64,000 bases of DNA from Octopus vulgaris (taxonomy: Eukaryota), in contig OX597824.1 in NCBI GenBank assembly GCA_951406725.2, forward strand, positions 99,510,001 through 99,574,000, written 5' to 3'. The notes beneath the pieces were generated by a model. That model was not told the DNA's origin, did no database searches, and saw only the letters and a list, made by a program, of their open reading frames with translations. Below are positions 1-12,110 of this stretch, piece after piece. Both the position numbers and the translations under genes were made by a program. Numbering within the stretch: position 1 is the stretch's first letter; each line of letters begins with the position of its first letter.

Positions 1-926
1 CAGGATTGATTTAGGTTTAACAACAACAACAAAAAATGCATTGCATAATGTAGTCCACAAACAAGATGGTCACAGCTGGAATGTCTTTGATCATAGGTTT
101 GCTGGATTTGGGCTGACCTGGGGTTAAACAACAACAATATATTTTTGAAATTAAAACTGATTTTGTGGGGAGATTTTATGATGATATTTCGATGACAAAT
201 ATTTTTATGAAGAATATTCCAGAGTTGATGGAATGATTTCTTACATTGTAGGTTGGCATGAAAATTAAAGATGGGTTTGATGGGTTTAAAATCCTACATA
301 TTCACGTACTTAACATCTTTTCTGATGTTTCTTTGAAACTTTCTTAGTTTCCAGTGTTGCAGCCTCATTCACATTTAGGCGTTTTCTTTTCATTCTTCAA
401 CTTTCCATATATATTGGCCATTCTTTCTGCCCGACATTGTCAGATGTCAAATTCTGGCAAACCAACAGATGATAAACATTACATGTCTCCACAATTCCTG
501 TTTTTGGAACAATTAAGTCAAAACAGATTCCCTAAAATAAAAAAAAAGAACTTAATGGAAAATTATTCAGAATTAATGCTTGAAATTAGTTTCATATATT
601 ATTGAAAGAAGAGGTTTGTCACTTGATAGACACAGGTACCATGTTCAGGGCAAGAATCCACACACACACATGCACGCATGCATGCATGCATGTATGCACA
701 CACACATGCACAAACACACACATGCATACACACACACACACAAACAATGTTGGGGGAAGAATGTACAGATGAACGCTTGAAGACAAAAGGAGAAAGACAA
801 ACTCTGAAATAAGCCAAAATGTAATGAGGTAGCAAGATGCAGGTCTAAAATGTCAAAATAAAGGTGAAAACATGGAAAAAGATGTGACATGTATAGATAC
901 ATACAAACATATAAATACATACATAC

Positions 927-963
<37 letters not shown>

Positions 964-2277
964 TTTTAGCCTGCTGAGCCAGTTCAACAAAGTTGGCTGA
1001 AACTTTGAAGTCACTGTCAACAACATTCTTGCATAATAAAAATAATGAATTTTCTCTCTACAAAAGTATAGAGCAACCCATCAGATTAATGTCAAATTGC
1101 TTTTAATTTAACTGAGCATAAAAAGTAAACAACAGTATATATATATACACTCACACACATATATATATATATATATATATACATATACACACACATAAAT
1201 ATACATATATATATATACACACACACATACATACATATACGCATGTATGCGTGTGTGTATGTGTGTGTGTGTGCATGTGTGTGTATGTGTGCGTGTGTGT
1301 GTGTGTGCATGTGTGTGTATGTGCGTGTGTGTGTGTTTGCTGGTTTGTAAGCAATGGTTACCTGTCGGTGTTTTTGTTTGCCTTTCCCTGTGTAAAAACA
1401 TGTCCACAATGGTTCACAGAAACGAGCAAGTGTTGGTGACAGGAAGGGCTGCTAGTCACAGTGAAACTTTGCCTCTAAAACAGTCCCTCAATGTATTCTT
1501 GTCTCACCAATACAAACATAGAAAAGTAGACATTTAAAGCTATGATAATGATGATGATAGTGACGATGACAATGATATATATATTCTAGGGAGTTCCCAA
1601 GAAATTCTGTGTGAAAAGCTATAAACAATACAAAATATATCTTGTTGGACTGTATCTCTCTTCTAATGCAAGGCACCCTTTTCTCTCTCCTACCAGTTGA
1701 GGGGTCTTGTCCTGCAAGTTACTTGGAGACCTCACTGCTGCTGGTGCCACATGAAAAGGGCACCCAGTACACTCTGTTAAGTGGTTGGCATTAGGAAGGG
1801 CATCTAGCCATAAAAACCATGCCAAAGTAGACAGCAGAGCTTGGTACCATTTTTGGATTTGTCAGTTCCTGTTAAACCAACCAATTCATGCTAGAATGTA
1901 AAATGGACATTAAATGATGATGATGATGATGTTATCCAACCATGATGATCATGGTCTACTTTGGGTTTCCTACTCGTTAGTTTTGCTAATTAAAGCTTTC
2001 CAGTGATTCTTTCCTGAGACATTCTTACTATGTCGTCTATGGTGCTGGAGCTGTGATATCTCAGTTCAGAGAAATAGTGACTCTACTTGAGTGAACTTCA
2101 TGCTTTATTGAGTAATGTTACTGCAAAGACCCTTCAGAAGAACTGAATTTCTGCCATTTGCATTTGATATCATATTCTTTTGGTCATAGCCAAGTTTCAT
2201 AACCACAGATAAAAGCGGGCACAAACATCAATCCTGCTGTGACAGATGGCTGCTCTTGAGTACAGCAAAGCACGAAA

Positions 2278-2310
<33 letters not shown>

Positions 2311-2315
2311 CATTA

Positions 2316-2346
<31 letters not shown>

Positions 2347-3109
2347 TGACTAAGAGAGCAGTACATGCCATCAAAGTGGCAATGGGGTAAAATATATGAA
2401 GCCCATTATACCCATCATGACTACCTGTCTGATAAGGGTACACCAGGCACATGTATTGCAACCATGTGTGTGCAACACGGTGATCTCATATCAAGATAAA
2501 CAGTACATGGCTTTGCAGGCAGGACCCAGTTAGAATTTTCTTCCCATTGAGTATCCCATCCCACTCAAAAGGTCCCTGAATAAGGGTTGTTTAAGGATGT
2601 TCAATGAAACATCCATGTTTCCAGAGGTGAATTATTCAGACCCCAAAGAATTCATCTGAGCACATGGCTATGATGCTCCCTAACTACTTCTGTTTGTGAT
2701 CAGAGATGCACATATTGGCAGGCACTAGGGAACATGCTCAACTGGTTAAGGTCAAGCAAATCTGTGGTATTGAGCAGAATATTTGCTGTATCCCATCTTT
2801 TATACCAAGGCAAAACAATGTACATGATAACACTTCCAATCAGTTAAGATCAAAAGCTATGAGAGCCACTGCCTGGTTCTAAACCAGGGCTTTTTATTAT
2901 CATTATTATTATCATCATCAATATCATCATTATTATTGCTGCTGCTGCTGTTGTTGTTGCTATTGTTATTATTATTGTTAAAATGCAATATTATAATCTC
3001 ATACCAGCCAATTTACCAATCAGTTTCATACCAGGAAGTTAAGAAAACAACACCAACAATCATCAGAAAAAGCTGAAAGAAATAATGAGGCCTTTTTATT
3101 TTTACTGTA

Positions 3110-3436
3110 TTCATTAGTTGATTGCCTTGTGAAGTTGATTTAGCCCAGATATCCCAATGATATGGTTTCCCTCCTTAATGAATGCATTTATGAGCCTTTA
3201 TGTCACTATTCTGTGTGAAAGACTCAGCCCAGATATCACAGCAGTGAGATTTCTCTCTTGTATGAGCATGTTTGTGTAGGGTCGGGTGACTGCTCTCTGT
3301 CAGCAAATTACTGCAAATATCACAGTGACTAAGTTTTTCTCCCGTTTGACTTAGTGAATATTTAGGTTATGTTTCTGTAGGTATGACTTTCACAAATATC
3401 ACAGCAAAATGAGGTTTTAAACTTCTCTTTCAACAT
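3110..3436 (-). pseudogene. Decayed C2H2 zinc-finger gene fragment (about 4 fingers)
   Basis: Minus strand reads MLKEKFKTSFCCDICE..., TGEKLSHCDICSNLLTESSHPTLHKHAHTREKSHCCDIWAESFTQNSDIKAHKCIH*GGKPYHWDIWAKS. These are HTGEKPYHCDIC-type linkers with stops, frameshifts and lost cysteines. Confidence 0.75.
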
Positions 3437-4279
3437 CTTGTCAACTAAATCAATCTCTTTGGGCATTTAACATGGAACTCACACAAAATATCTTCAATAA
3501 ACTTTCTTTTTTTGACAGCCTTTTCTGATGATTGCACCTCCTCCTCATCAATCATACCTCCTCCACCGTCCCTCTGACCATTTGTGATCCTCTCTACACA
3601 CACTAATGAAACTACCCCCCTCCAGTCTACTCTGGCATTGTCTCACTATCATCTTTATCTCCTCCTGACTACTCCTAACTACCCCTGTATAATGTGTGGT
3701 AGCTCTGCATCCCTTTCGTAGCAAAGCACCAATGACTGCACCTCTATCATGCTTAGCCTTGGCATAAAGCCATCTCTCTCCCCACTCAAATACTCCCCTC
3801 GCCTAGCAGCAGTTCCCTTTCTCCTCCTCCCCTCTCTCTGTTCTGCAAGTTACTGAGCAATCTCACAAGTGGTAGTGAAAAGAGTACCCAATAAAAAGTG
3901 GTTGGCATTAGGAAGGGCATCCAACTGTAGGAATCATGCCAAAGCTGACACAGGAGCTCAGCATAGCCCTGCAGCTTGCTTTATCCTGCCAAACTGTCCA
4001 ACCAATGCCAGCATGGAAACATTAAAGAATGATGATGACGATAATGATAATGATGTTGATGATGGATATATATATATGCTAGCATGGAAGACGGATGTTA
4101 AACGATGATGATAATGATATACATATGTATACACACATACTTATATTTATGTACACATATATATTCATATACATAGCTCCTTATATATATTAAATTCACA
4201 GGTATACATTCATATATATGCATACATATGTACATGTATATATGCATATATATTTATATATAGTATTTATCTATCTATC

Positions 4280-4570
4280 CGCTCAGTCGAAGTCGACTCT
4301 CGGTTACTCATTGGATCATTGTCCTCCAGTCAGTTCTATCCTGGGCCGCTTCTTTCAGATTGACTATGTCCATTTCGCTATCACTCTTGATGGTGTCAAG
4401 CCAGCGGGTTCTTGGTCGGCCTCTTCCTCTCTTGCCACTGACCTTTCCAAGCATGATGTCCTTCTCCAGGGATTTTCTCCGCATAATATGACCAAAATAT
4501 GCCAATCTATGCTTGGTGATCCTAGCTTCTAGCGACATTTTTGGCCTGATCTGCTTGAGAACTTCTCCAT
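4280..4570 (-). mobile_element. RTE-clade LINE 3' fragment
   Basis: SLEARITKHRLAYFGHIMRRKSLEKDIMLGKVSGKRGRGRPRTRWLD...AQDRTDWR, the typical RTE/BovB C-terminus. Confidence 0.88.
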
Positions 4571-4632
4571 ATATAGTATACATAGATATATATTTATATA
4601 TTCTATCTATCTATCTATCTATCTATATATAT

Positions 4633-4701
<69 letters not shown>

Positions 4702-4757
4702 CAAGATAAGAAAATGGAGAAATACATCTAAATCAAATATGCACTCATATGTATATG

Positions 4758-4890
4758 TATATCTCCGAAGAAGCCTTATGATATTTTTGTAAATGTCATA
4801 TTTATATATATTTATTGACCTACCATAAAAGGCTAATATTGGTAAAATGAGACATACTTATCTACACGGCCGAAACAGCTGTAAGATGTA
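4758..4890 (+). ncRNA. Minimal type I hammerhead ribozyme-like motif (core variant CCGAAGA)
   Basis: Stem I tatatct/agatgta; CCGAAGA; stem II closing gcc...ggc around a long loop; CGAAA; c-agct-g stem III; GUA site. Confidence 0.55.
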
Positions 4891-5286
4891 ATCTATATTT
4901 ATATTTATATTTACTTATATTTATATTCTCTTTTTTATATATATTCTACTTATTATACAACATTACTCTTTTATGTACACTTTTTTATGTACATTCCTTT
5001 ATGTACACTGATTTGTTCTGCTTTTTTATGTTTAACCCTACAGTCTCTTATGTGGTGGTTTAATAAAGTATGTGATTGAGTATTATCTGGTAATTGATAT
5101 TTGATTTAGATGTATTTCTCCATTTTCTTATCTTGTATTAGTAATTTGTGGTAAATCATTTTACCTTTGCCCATATAATACAGTAAATGAATTGATTGCA
5201 TTGCAATCATTAACATTTATGTATTAACTTTGTTGGGTACTTCACTAGCAGTATATTGGATATATGTTACAACCCCTATCTCAATT

Positions 5287-5393
<107 letters not shown>

Positions 5394-6056
5394 GTGTGTG
5401 TGTATTTATGCATGTATGTATGTACACATGTAGGTAAGAAAATATCAAAAATGACATATAACAGGTACACAAATATACACCCACCACTTACTCTTACCCA
5501 CCTTATATATGCAACTATATATGATATAGTTTTATATGTTTATGCTATCATTGTTTTTATTCTCACATTTCCATGCTTTCATGGGTCGGGAAGAATTCAG
5601 TGAGGCAGATTTTCTATGGCCAGATACCCTTCCCCATGACTAGACATGTTTAATGGAAGATTGGAAATGAAGGACACAACTTTTAGGACAGCCACACTCA
5701 CTAACCACATGATGCTAAAACATGAACACACACATTTAATCACTAATACAGGTACACTCATACACAAATAAATACACAAACATGTCATAGATTACAGGCT
5801 TCTTTCAGTTTCTGTGTACCAAATGCATTTACAAGGATTTAGTTGGCTAAAGGCTAAAGAGAAAACACTTACTGAAGGTGGCATGCAGTGGGACTGAACC
5901 TGGAACCATGTATTTGGGAAGCAAACTTTTTAACTACGCAGACATGCCTGGCTCCAGCTATGCCTGCACTTATATACATACACACATACAAACATACATA
6001 CATACATACATACATACATACATACATACATACATACATACATACATACATACAAG

Positions 6057-6378
6057 TGAGGGCACGTGGCTTAGTGGTTAGGGCATTCGGCTCATGATCG
6101 TAAGGTTGTGAGTTCGATTCCCGGCGATGCGTTGTGTCCTTGAGCAAGACACTTTATTTCACGTTGCTCCAGTCCACTCAGCTGGCAAAAATGAGTTGTA
6201 TTTGTATTTCAAAGGGTCAGCCTTGTCACTCTCAGTGTCACGCTGATTATCCCCGAGAACTACGTTAAGGGTACACGTGTCTGTGGAATGCTCAGCCATT
6301 TGCACGTTAATTTCACGAGCAAGCTGTTCCGTTCATCGTATCAGCTGGGACCCTCGTCGTCGTAACCGGCGGAGTCTT
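6057..6378 (+). mobile_element. tRNA-derived SINE
   Basis: A box tggcttagtgg, B box gttcgattc, then the ttgtgtccttgagcaagacact central domain. Related copies at about 50210-50520 (+) and 58755-59128 (-). Confidence 0.85.
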
Positions 6379-6390
6379 AAAGAAAAGACA

Positions 6391-6423
<33 letters not shown>

Positions 6424-6713
6424 GTATATATATATTGTCTGAAGTGTACAGTATTATATATCCCTTTATGGCCGATCTTACCAATTGGTTTCTCGTCACG
6501 GATTCAACAGAGTGTTAGGTACCAGTCCGACCATGTACATAACCAGACTGGTGCCTAACACTCTGTTGAATCCTTTGTGTGAAACCGATTGGTAAGGTCA
6601 TCCATAAATAGATATATTATTCTGTATATTTTGGATAACACACCCACTCTATTGATGGATATACGAGTACATTTTTCCTGACTTATGGACTCTTAGACAA
6701 ATTACAGACTTAC

Positions 6714-6751
<38 letters not shown>

Positions 6752-6757
6752 GAGGTG

Positions 6758-6811
<54 letters not shown>

Positions 6812-6904
6812 TTGTATATATTCATGTATGTATATGTGCATATATATACATATATATATGTATGTGTGTGTATGTATGTGTAGATACACACACACATATA
6901 TATT

Positions 6905-7770
6905 TATAAGTATTTCAGACTATGTCCAGTTATAGAGTGACCATTGGTTTCACATCCACAAAGGGCTTGGCCTCGTGGACATCTTGTCAGATCCTAAAGC
7001 AAGACAAATGTAACTCTTCACTTCTGGGAGGCAGGAATCCCTTATGGTCATTTGGTCAGATATTCTCCAAAGAATAAATAGTCCAGTCAGTGAGGATGCG
7101 TTATCTCCCTTAGACCAGTTCTTGTGGCTTGTGGGCCAAAAGAACAGGGGATTGTTTTCTTTGGGCTGCTTCTAGATTGTTAGGTCCCTTTTGGGTTTAA
7201 TCAGAGAATCCCATATTTGCAGGAAGTAGCATCTGAAATGGATGCAAGGATTGTAAATTTCCTGGCAAGTCTTCAGTGACTCAGGTTACCGGGAGTCTCT
7301 GAGTATCCTTGCTTGCTTAATGAGGGTGAATGCTACCAGTTCTATATAGCCGAGCAAGCAAGGATACTCAAAAACTCCCTGAAGTCTGAATCACTGAACA
7401 CTCGCCAGGAAATCTACAGTCCTTGCATCCATTTCAAATGCTGCCTACTGCAAGCATGGTATTTCCTGTTCTATGATTAGACCCAGAGGGGTCCTTATGG
7501 TCTAAAAGCTGTCCAAGGAAAAAAATCCCCTGTTCCCCCTTTTTGTTTGTCCCACAAGAACTGGTCTAAAGGGGATAACCTGTCCTCACTGACCTCAGAC
7601 TATATATTCTTGGTGACTTCTTGACCAAATGACCATAACAGATTCCTGCCTCCCAGAGTTACCTTTGTTTTCAGTTTTAGAGTCTGACAAGATGTTCATA
7701 GGGCTAAGCCCTTTGTGGATGCAAAATTATTGGTCACTCTGTGACCAGACAAAGACCTAACCTCTTATAA
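6905..7770. repeat. About 860-bp imperfect palindrome (fold-back element) with a hammerhead-like motif in each arm
   Basis: Arms about 6905-7318 and 7352-7770 are reverse complements (e.g. gagtatccttgcttgct / agcaagcaaggatactc at the centre). Flanked by TA-rich microsatellite. Confidence 0.85.
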
Positions 7771-8217
7771 ATACATTACTGCTCCATGATTTAGAGCGTG
7801 CTTCTTTTTGGGATATATATATGTATGTATGTGTGTGTGTATAATATGCATGTATGTATGTATATATTGTACATACATGCACATACACACAGATTATTTG
7901 CGAATAGTTCAGAGATCAAAAGTATTGCATTAAAATATTTTTCAAACTGAGATTAAAATATTCCATGTTCTGTCTTTATAAATTTGTGATGGAAATTAAG
8001 AAAATACTCTTGAAAATACTGTTAATGACACAAGATTACAAGACATAAATTTGAAAACTCACAGATGTAATTAATCTTTCTATCAAACAGAAAATATGTA
8101 CATGGAAAATGTTGAGGTACATACATGTATATCTATGTTTAATTTTTGTGTGTGGATTTTTAAATGCAAGCACTTATGTTTTTATGTGTACGTGTGTAAA
8201 TGAATGCAGGTAAACAT

Positions 8218-8252
<35 letters not shown>

Positions 8253-8796
8253 TCCTTTTCACATAATAACCAATTGCATATTTGTGCATTTGAAATTTAT
8301 ATACTGTTCTCATTTAACATTAACGATATTTTTTTTAGCATATTCTATTGATTTCCGTGACAAACAAACCTTCCAGAATATCTTAATCTCTGCCAAAAAA
8401 AAAAAGTGCCCCAGCAATGGACACTGAATTTTAACTTGACCAAAGTAGAATTCTCAACTTACATATGCATGCGTGTGCATGTGTATGTGTGTGTTTGTGT
8501 GCATGCACACACACGCACTCACATTTGTATAAATATATATACAAACATATACATAAATATATATACATACATATATACATATATGCATATTTATGTGCAT
8601 GCATATAAATACATACATACATATGTATATATAGACACACATATGCACATATGTGTGTGTGTGTTGTATATATCTACACCTAAATAGCTCTCGTGTTGTG
8701 CAGTATATAATCCATGTTTAGAACTCCATGCATTTATAGTTCCAAAGATGCATCCATGAGAACAAATTTCTTTGATATCAGAACACAGAGTATGTT

Positions 8797-8876
<80 letters not shown>

Positions 8877-9168
8877 TTAAAATACTAAGGGCGAAAAATT
8901 GAATATTAATTTGATTAATATCAATTTAAAAGCAGTGGTCTAGCATATTGAAAAATCTGAAGATTCAGAAAAATTATATTACATCCATATAAGAGGGATG
9001 ACCACTAAGTGGACATCCATTTTGTATCTTTTCATTTGTCTTGCTCGCTTACATTCTGGCGTTTGCTAAAGTTTCTTGAGAACATTCCTTTCTTAGTGGT
9101 AAGACCACAGGGGGTCAGCTTCTAGCATATGGATGTCCACTTACTGGTCATCCCTCTTATATGTATGT

Positions 9169-9222
<54 letters not shown>

Positions 9223-9652
9223 TATACACACATACACATGTATACACCACAGTATTGACCAGACTATTGGATCATGTTACACATCACTGATCACAATGCA
9301 CTTTGTTATTGGTTTAGCTTTTGAATGATGCCTTCTTCACTGCACATACATATATGTGTGTGTATGTATCTATGTATTTCATATATGCATATATATGTGT
9401 ATATATTTACGTATGTATGTATGTATATTTATATATGTTATTCACGATGATATATCAGCTCATTTTTCAATAATTATGCTACAAAAATAACCAAAAATAA
9501 AATATTTAAGAGATGAAACAAAGTGAAGGAGGGAAGGAAGAGTCAATGGGTTTGGAATTAGGAAAACATTGGTTAAAATGTCCAGGAATTATAGAATGGC
9601 AGCAATGACGAGCAGGAAATGTTGATAATGAGTCATTGAGCAGCTCAAGTCC

Positions 9653-9865
9653 TTATATACTTTCACGGTACTCAGTGAAGCACCATGCTATGTGCTTGCA
9701 AAGTTCTGAATCTGTGTCTGGAGAGAACAAGTAAACTTCATTTTCAGTTGAGATGACTGTTTTCACTTCCTTCAGCTGCTGTTTCACGTCTCGTGTGCGA
9801 CATTCCATGTATTTCTTCAATACAGAATTATTGACTTCAAAGAAGAGCACTGGTTTCTTGTTAGA
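9653..9865 (-). CDS. Adenylate-kinase-like host gene, probable last coding exon
   Basis: Acceptor tttttcccttcgcag, phase 0. SNKKPVLFFEVNNSVLKKYMECRTRDVKQQLKEVKTVISTENEVYLFSPDTDSELCKHIAWCFTEYRESI then TAA (9655-9653). Non-repetitive and protein-like. Confidence 0.78.
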   Translation of the reverse strand, partial: SNKKPVLFFEVNNSVLKKYMECRTRDVKQQLKEVKTVISTENEVYLFSPDTDSELCKHIAWCFTEYRESI

Positions 9866-9938
9866 CTGCGAAGGGAAAAATAGAGAAAAAACTAGAAATA
9901 AATGAATGAATATGTGTGTGTGTGTGTGTATATATATA

Positions 9939-11609
9939 TTATAGTGGGGTAGGCTAGTTTATGGGGTTACCCTGGGCTTTTTGTTCACAAGAGGTTTAGC
10001 CTTATGGCGTATCTTCACACCCCAAACCCTGCTGGTCTGAGACCTCTTCAAAATATGGAGGGGAAAAAACCTTGTTTTAAAGGTAAAACCCAAGATGATT
10101 ATCTCCCTTTGCCATCGATCTTTGGCTGTGCAGCCATCTTGAGGTTACCAAAGCACCACAAAGGTAAATGATTGTCTCCCTTCAGTCTTAGCAATTGGTT
10201 TCTGACTGTAGCTCCACCCTGCAAATTTCAAAAAGCCAGAAGGAATTTTTTTAAATGCAAGCATGGCCCAAAAAATCTCCATTCTGGAGTTCAGGATGGC
10301 CCCCAGCATGAGCAAGTCTTTAAGGACCCTCATGCATTCAGCAATGCATAGCTTGCATTGGTTCGTCCCATTGATGTAGAGGCCTGGGTTCTCGAATATT
10401 TTCCATATGATCAAGTATGGATCTCTTTGTCTCTTAGCTGCCAGATCTGGCTGGCCAGCGATGTCACGTATCTTCTTTTCAGCACTTTGAAGGAGGACAG
10501 AGGATTGGAAATATGCTGCTTGAGAGCCACCAACACTACCACTGCCTCAATGGATGGCAGCATTGTTAACAACAACAGCAGCAACATTGCCATCATCATC
10601 GGCCTTACCAATAGCTTCCCCAATATCCACGATGCCAGACCTATTAGCCCCCATAGTAGTAGTAGTAGCAGAAGCAACAGATCCAGTTCCATCACTGGCG
10701 ATAATGGCATCATCAGCAGCAGCGCCTCCATAACTGCCAGTGGCAATAGCACTACTGTGGCCACCACCACAGCCTCCATCATTGCCAACACCAGCAACCC
10801 CAGCTCCAACTCCATCAACAACAACAACAGCAATGGCAGCAGCAGCAGCAGCAACAACAACGACTGCAGCATAAGCAACAGCACACACATGGGGGTGAGA
10901 ATATGACTAGCACCAATGCCACCCCCAGCAGTACCAACAGCAGCAGTGACAACACCACCAGTGGCATCAGTGGCAATGGTAGCCACAACAGCAGCCACAA
11001 CAGCAGTAACAGACACAACGATATCACGCACCCACAGAAGTACGTGGGGTGCACACAGAATTCTCTCAAGTAGCATATTTCGAATCATTTGTCCTCTTTC
11101 AAAGTCCTGGAAATGAGATATGTGACATCATTGGCCAGCCATATCTGGCAACTAAGAGATGAAGAGATTCCATACTCAATCACATGGAAAATACTTGAGA
11201 ACATAGGCCCCTACATCAATGGGCTGAACACATGAGGATCCTTAAAGATTCACTTGTACCAGGGGGAATCCTGAACTCCAGGACAGAGATTTTCAAGCTA
11301 TGCTTGCATTTTAGAAAATTCCTGCTGGCTTTTTAGAATCAGCAGAGTGGAGCTACAGCTGGAAACCAAGAGCCAAGGCTGAAAGGAGACAATCGTTTAT
11401 CTTCGTGGTGCTTTGGTGACTGCAAGATGGCAGCACAGCCAAAACCTGATGGCCAATGGCAAAGGGAGATAATCACCTAAGGTTTTGCCTTTAAAACAAG
11501 GCTTTTCCCCCACTCCATAGAGGTCTCAGGCCAGCAGGGTTTGGGCTCTGAAGATATGCCATAAGAGTAACCCAGAGTAACCCCATAAACCAGCCAACCC
11601 CACTATAAT
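9939..11609. mobile_element. Penelope-like element remnant in inverted (fold-back) configuration
   Basis: Arms about 9939-10526 and 11063-11609 are diverged reverse complements. The + strand reads KYVGCTQNSLK*HISNHLSSF...TSLASHIWQLRDEEIPYSITWKILE, and the other arm IWKIFEN...CKLCIAE...LNSRMEIF, i.e. the PLE GIY-YIG C-terminus. Low-complexity spacer between arms. Confidence 0.8.
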
Positions 11610-11667
11610 TTTAACTGCTCTACATCTTAGACTGTGATTCTTCTCCGGATTTATGTATATCTACAAA

Positions 11668-11710
<43 letters not shown>

Positions 11711-11741
11711 CAAAATAAGCAACAGGATATCAAGAGGTAAA

Positions 11742-11825
11742 GCAGTACGGCCGTTTCAAGCAACTCCGTTTAATTGAACAATGCAATCATTACATCAATT
11801 TAACTGTAGGGCTATCTTCAGCTGC
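11742..11825 (-). ncRNA. Minimal type I hammerhead ribozyme-like motif
   Basis: gcag CTGAAGA tagc...gctt GAAA cggccg TA ctgc: stem I gcag/ctgc, intact core, palindromic stem III, GUA site. Confidence 0.65.
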
Positions 11826-11880
11826 ATAAATAAATAGATAGAATTTCTTAATTACTTGGACACATTCATATAATTTTACT

Positions 11881-12110
11881 TGAGCTGGCAGAATTGTTAG
11901 CATACCGGGTGAAATGCTTAGCAATATTTCATCTGCTGTTACGTTCTGAGTTCAAATTCCGCTGAGGTCAACTTTGCCTTTCATCCTTTCAGGGTCGATT
12001 AAATAAGTACCAGTTACACACTAGGGTCGATGTAATTGACTTAATCTCTTTGTCTGTCCTTGTTTGTCCCCTCTATGCTTAGCCCCCTGTGGGCAATAAA
12101 GAAATAAATA
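11881..12110 (+). mobile_element. SINE with Nin-domain-like core
   Basis: gagctggcagaattgttagc...gagttcaaattcc...gcctttcatcctttcagggtcgattaaataagtacc. Further copies at about 52690-52886 (+) and 56410-56620 (-). Confidence 0.75.

Noticed and set aside
4700-5137. MITE defined by 41-bp TIRs
   Set aside because: Family homology continues about 150 bp beyond the right repeat (shared with the 23640 copy), so the repeats are not the element's termini.
6057-6130. tRNA gene
   Set aside because: A/B boxes are present but run straight into a SINE body that recurs elsewhere; no complete cloverleaf with acceptor stem was seen.
10358-11116. Overlapping 182/225-aa Ser/Asn/Leu-rich ORFs as a host gene
   Set aside because: Low-complexity trinucleotide spacer of the Penelope-like fold-back; only the GIY-YIG remnant is meaningful.
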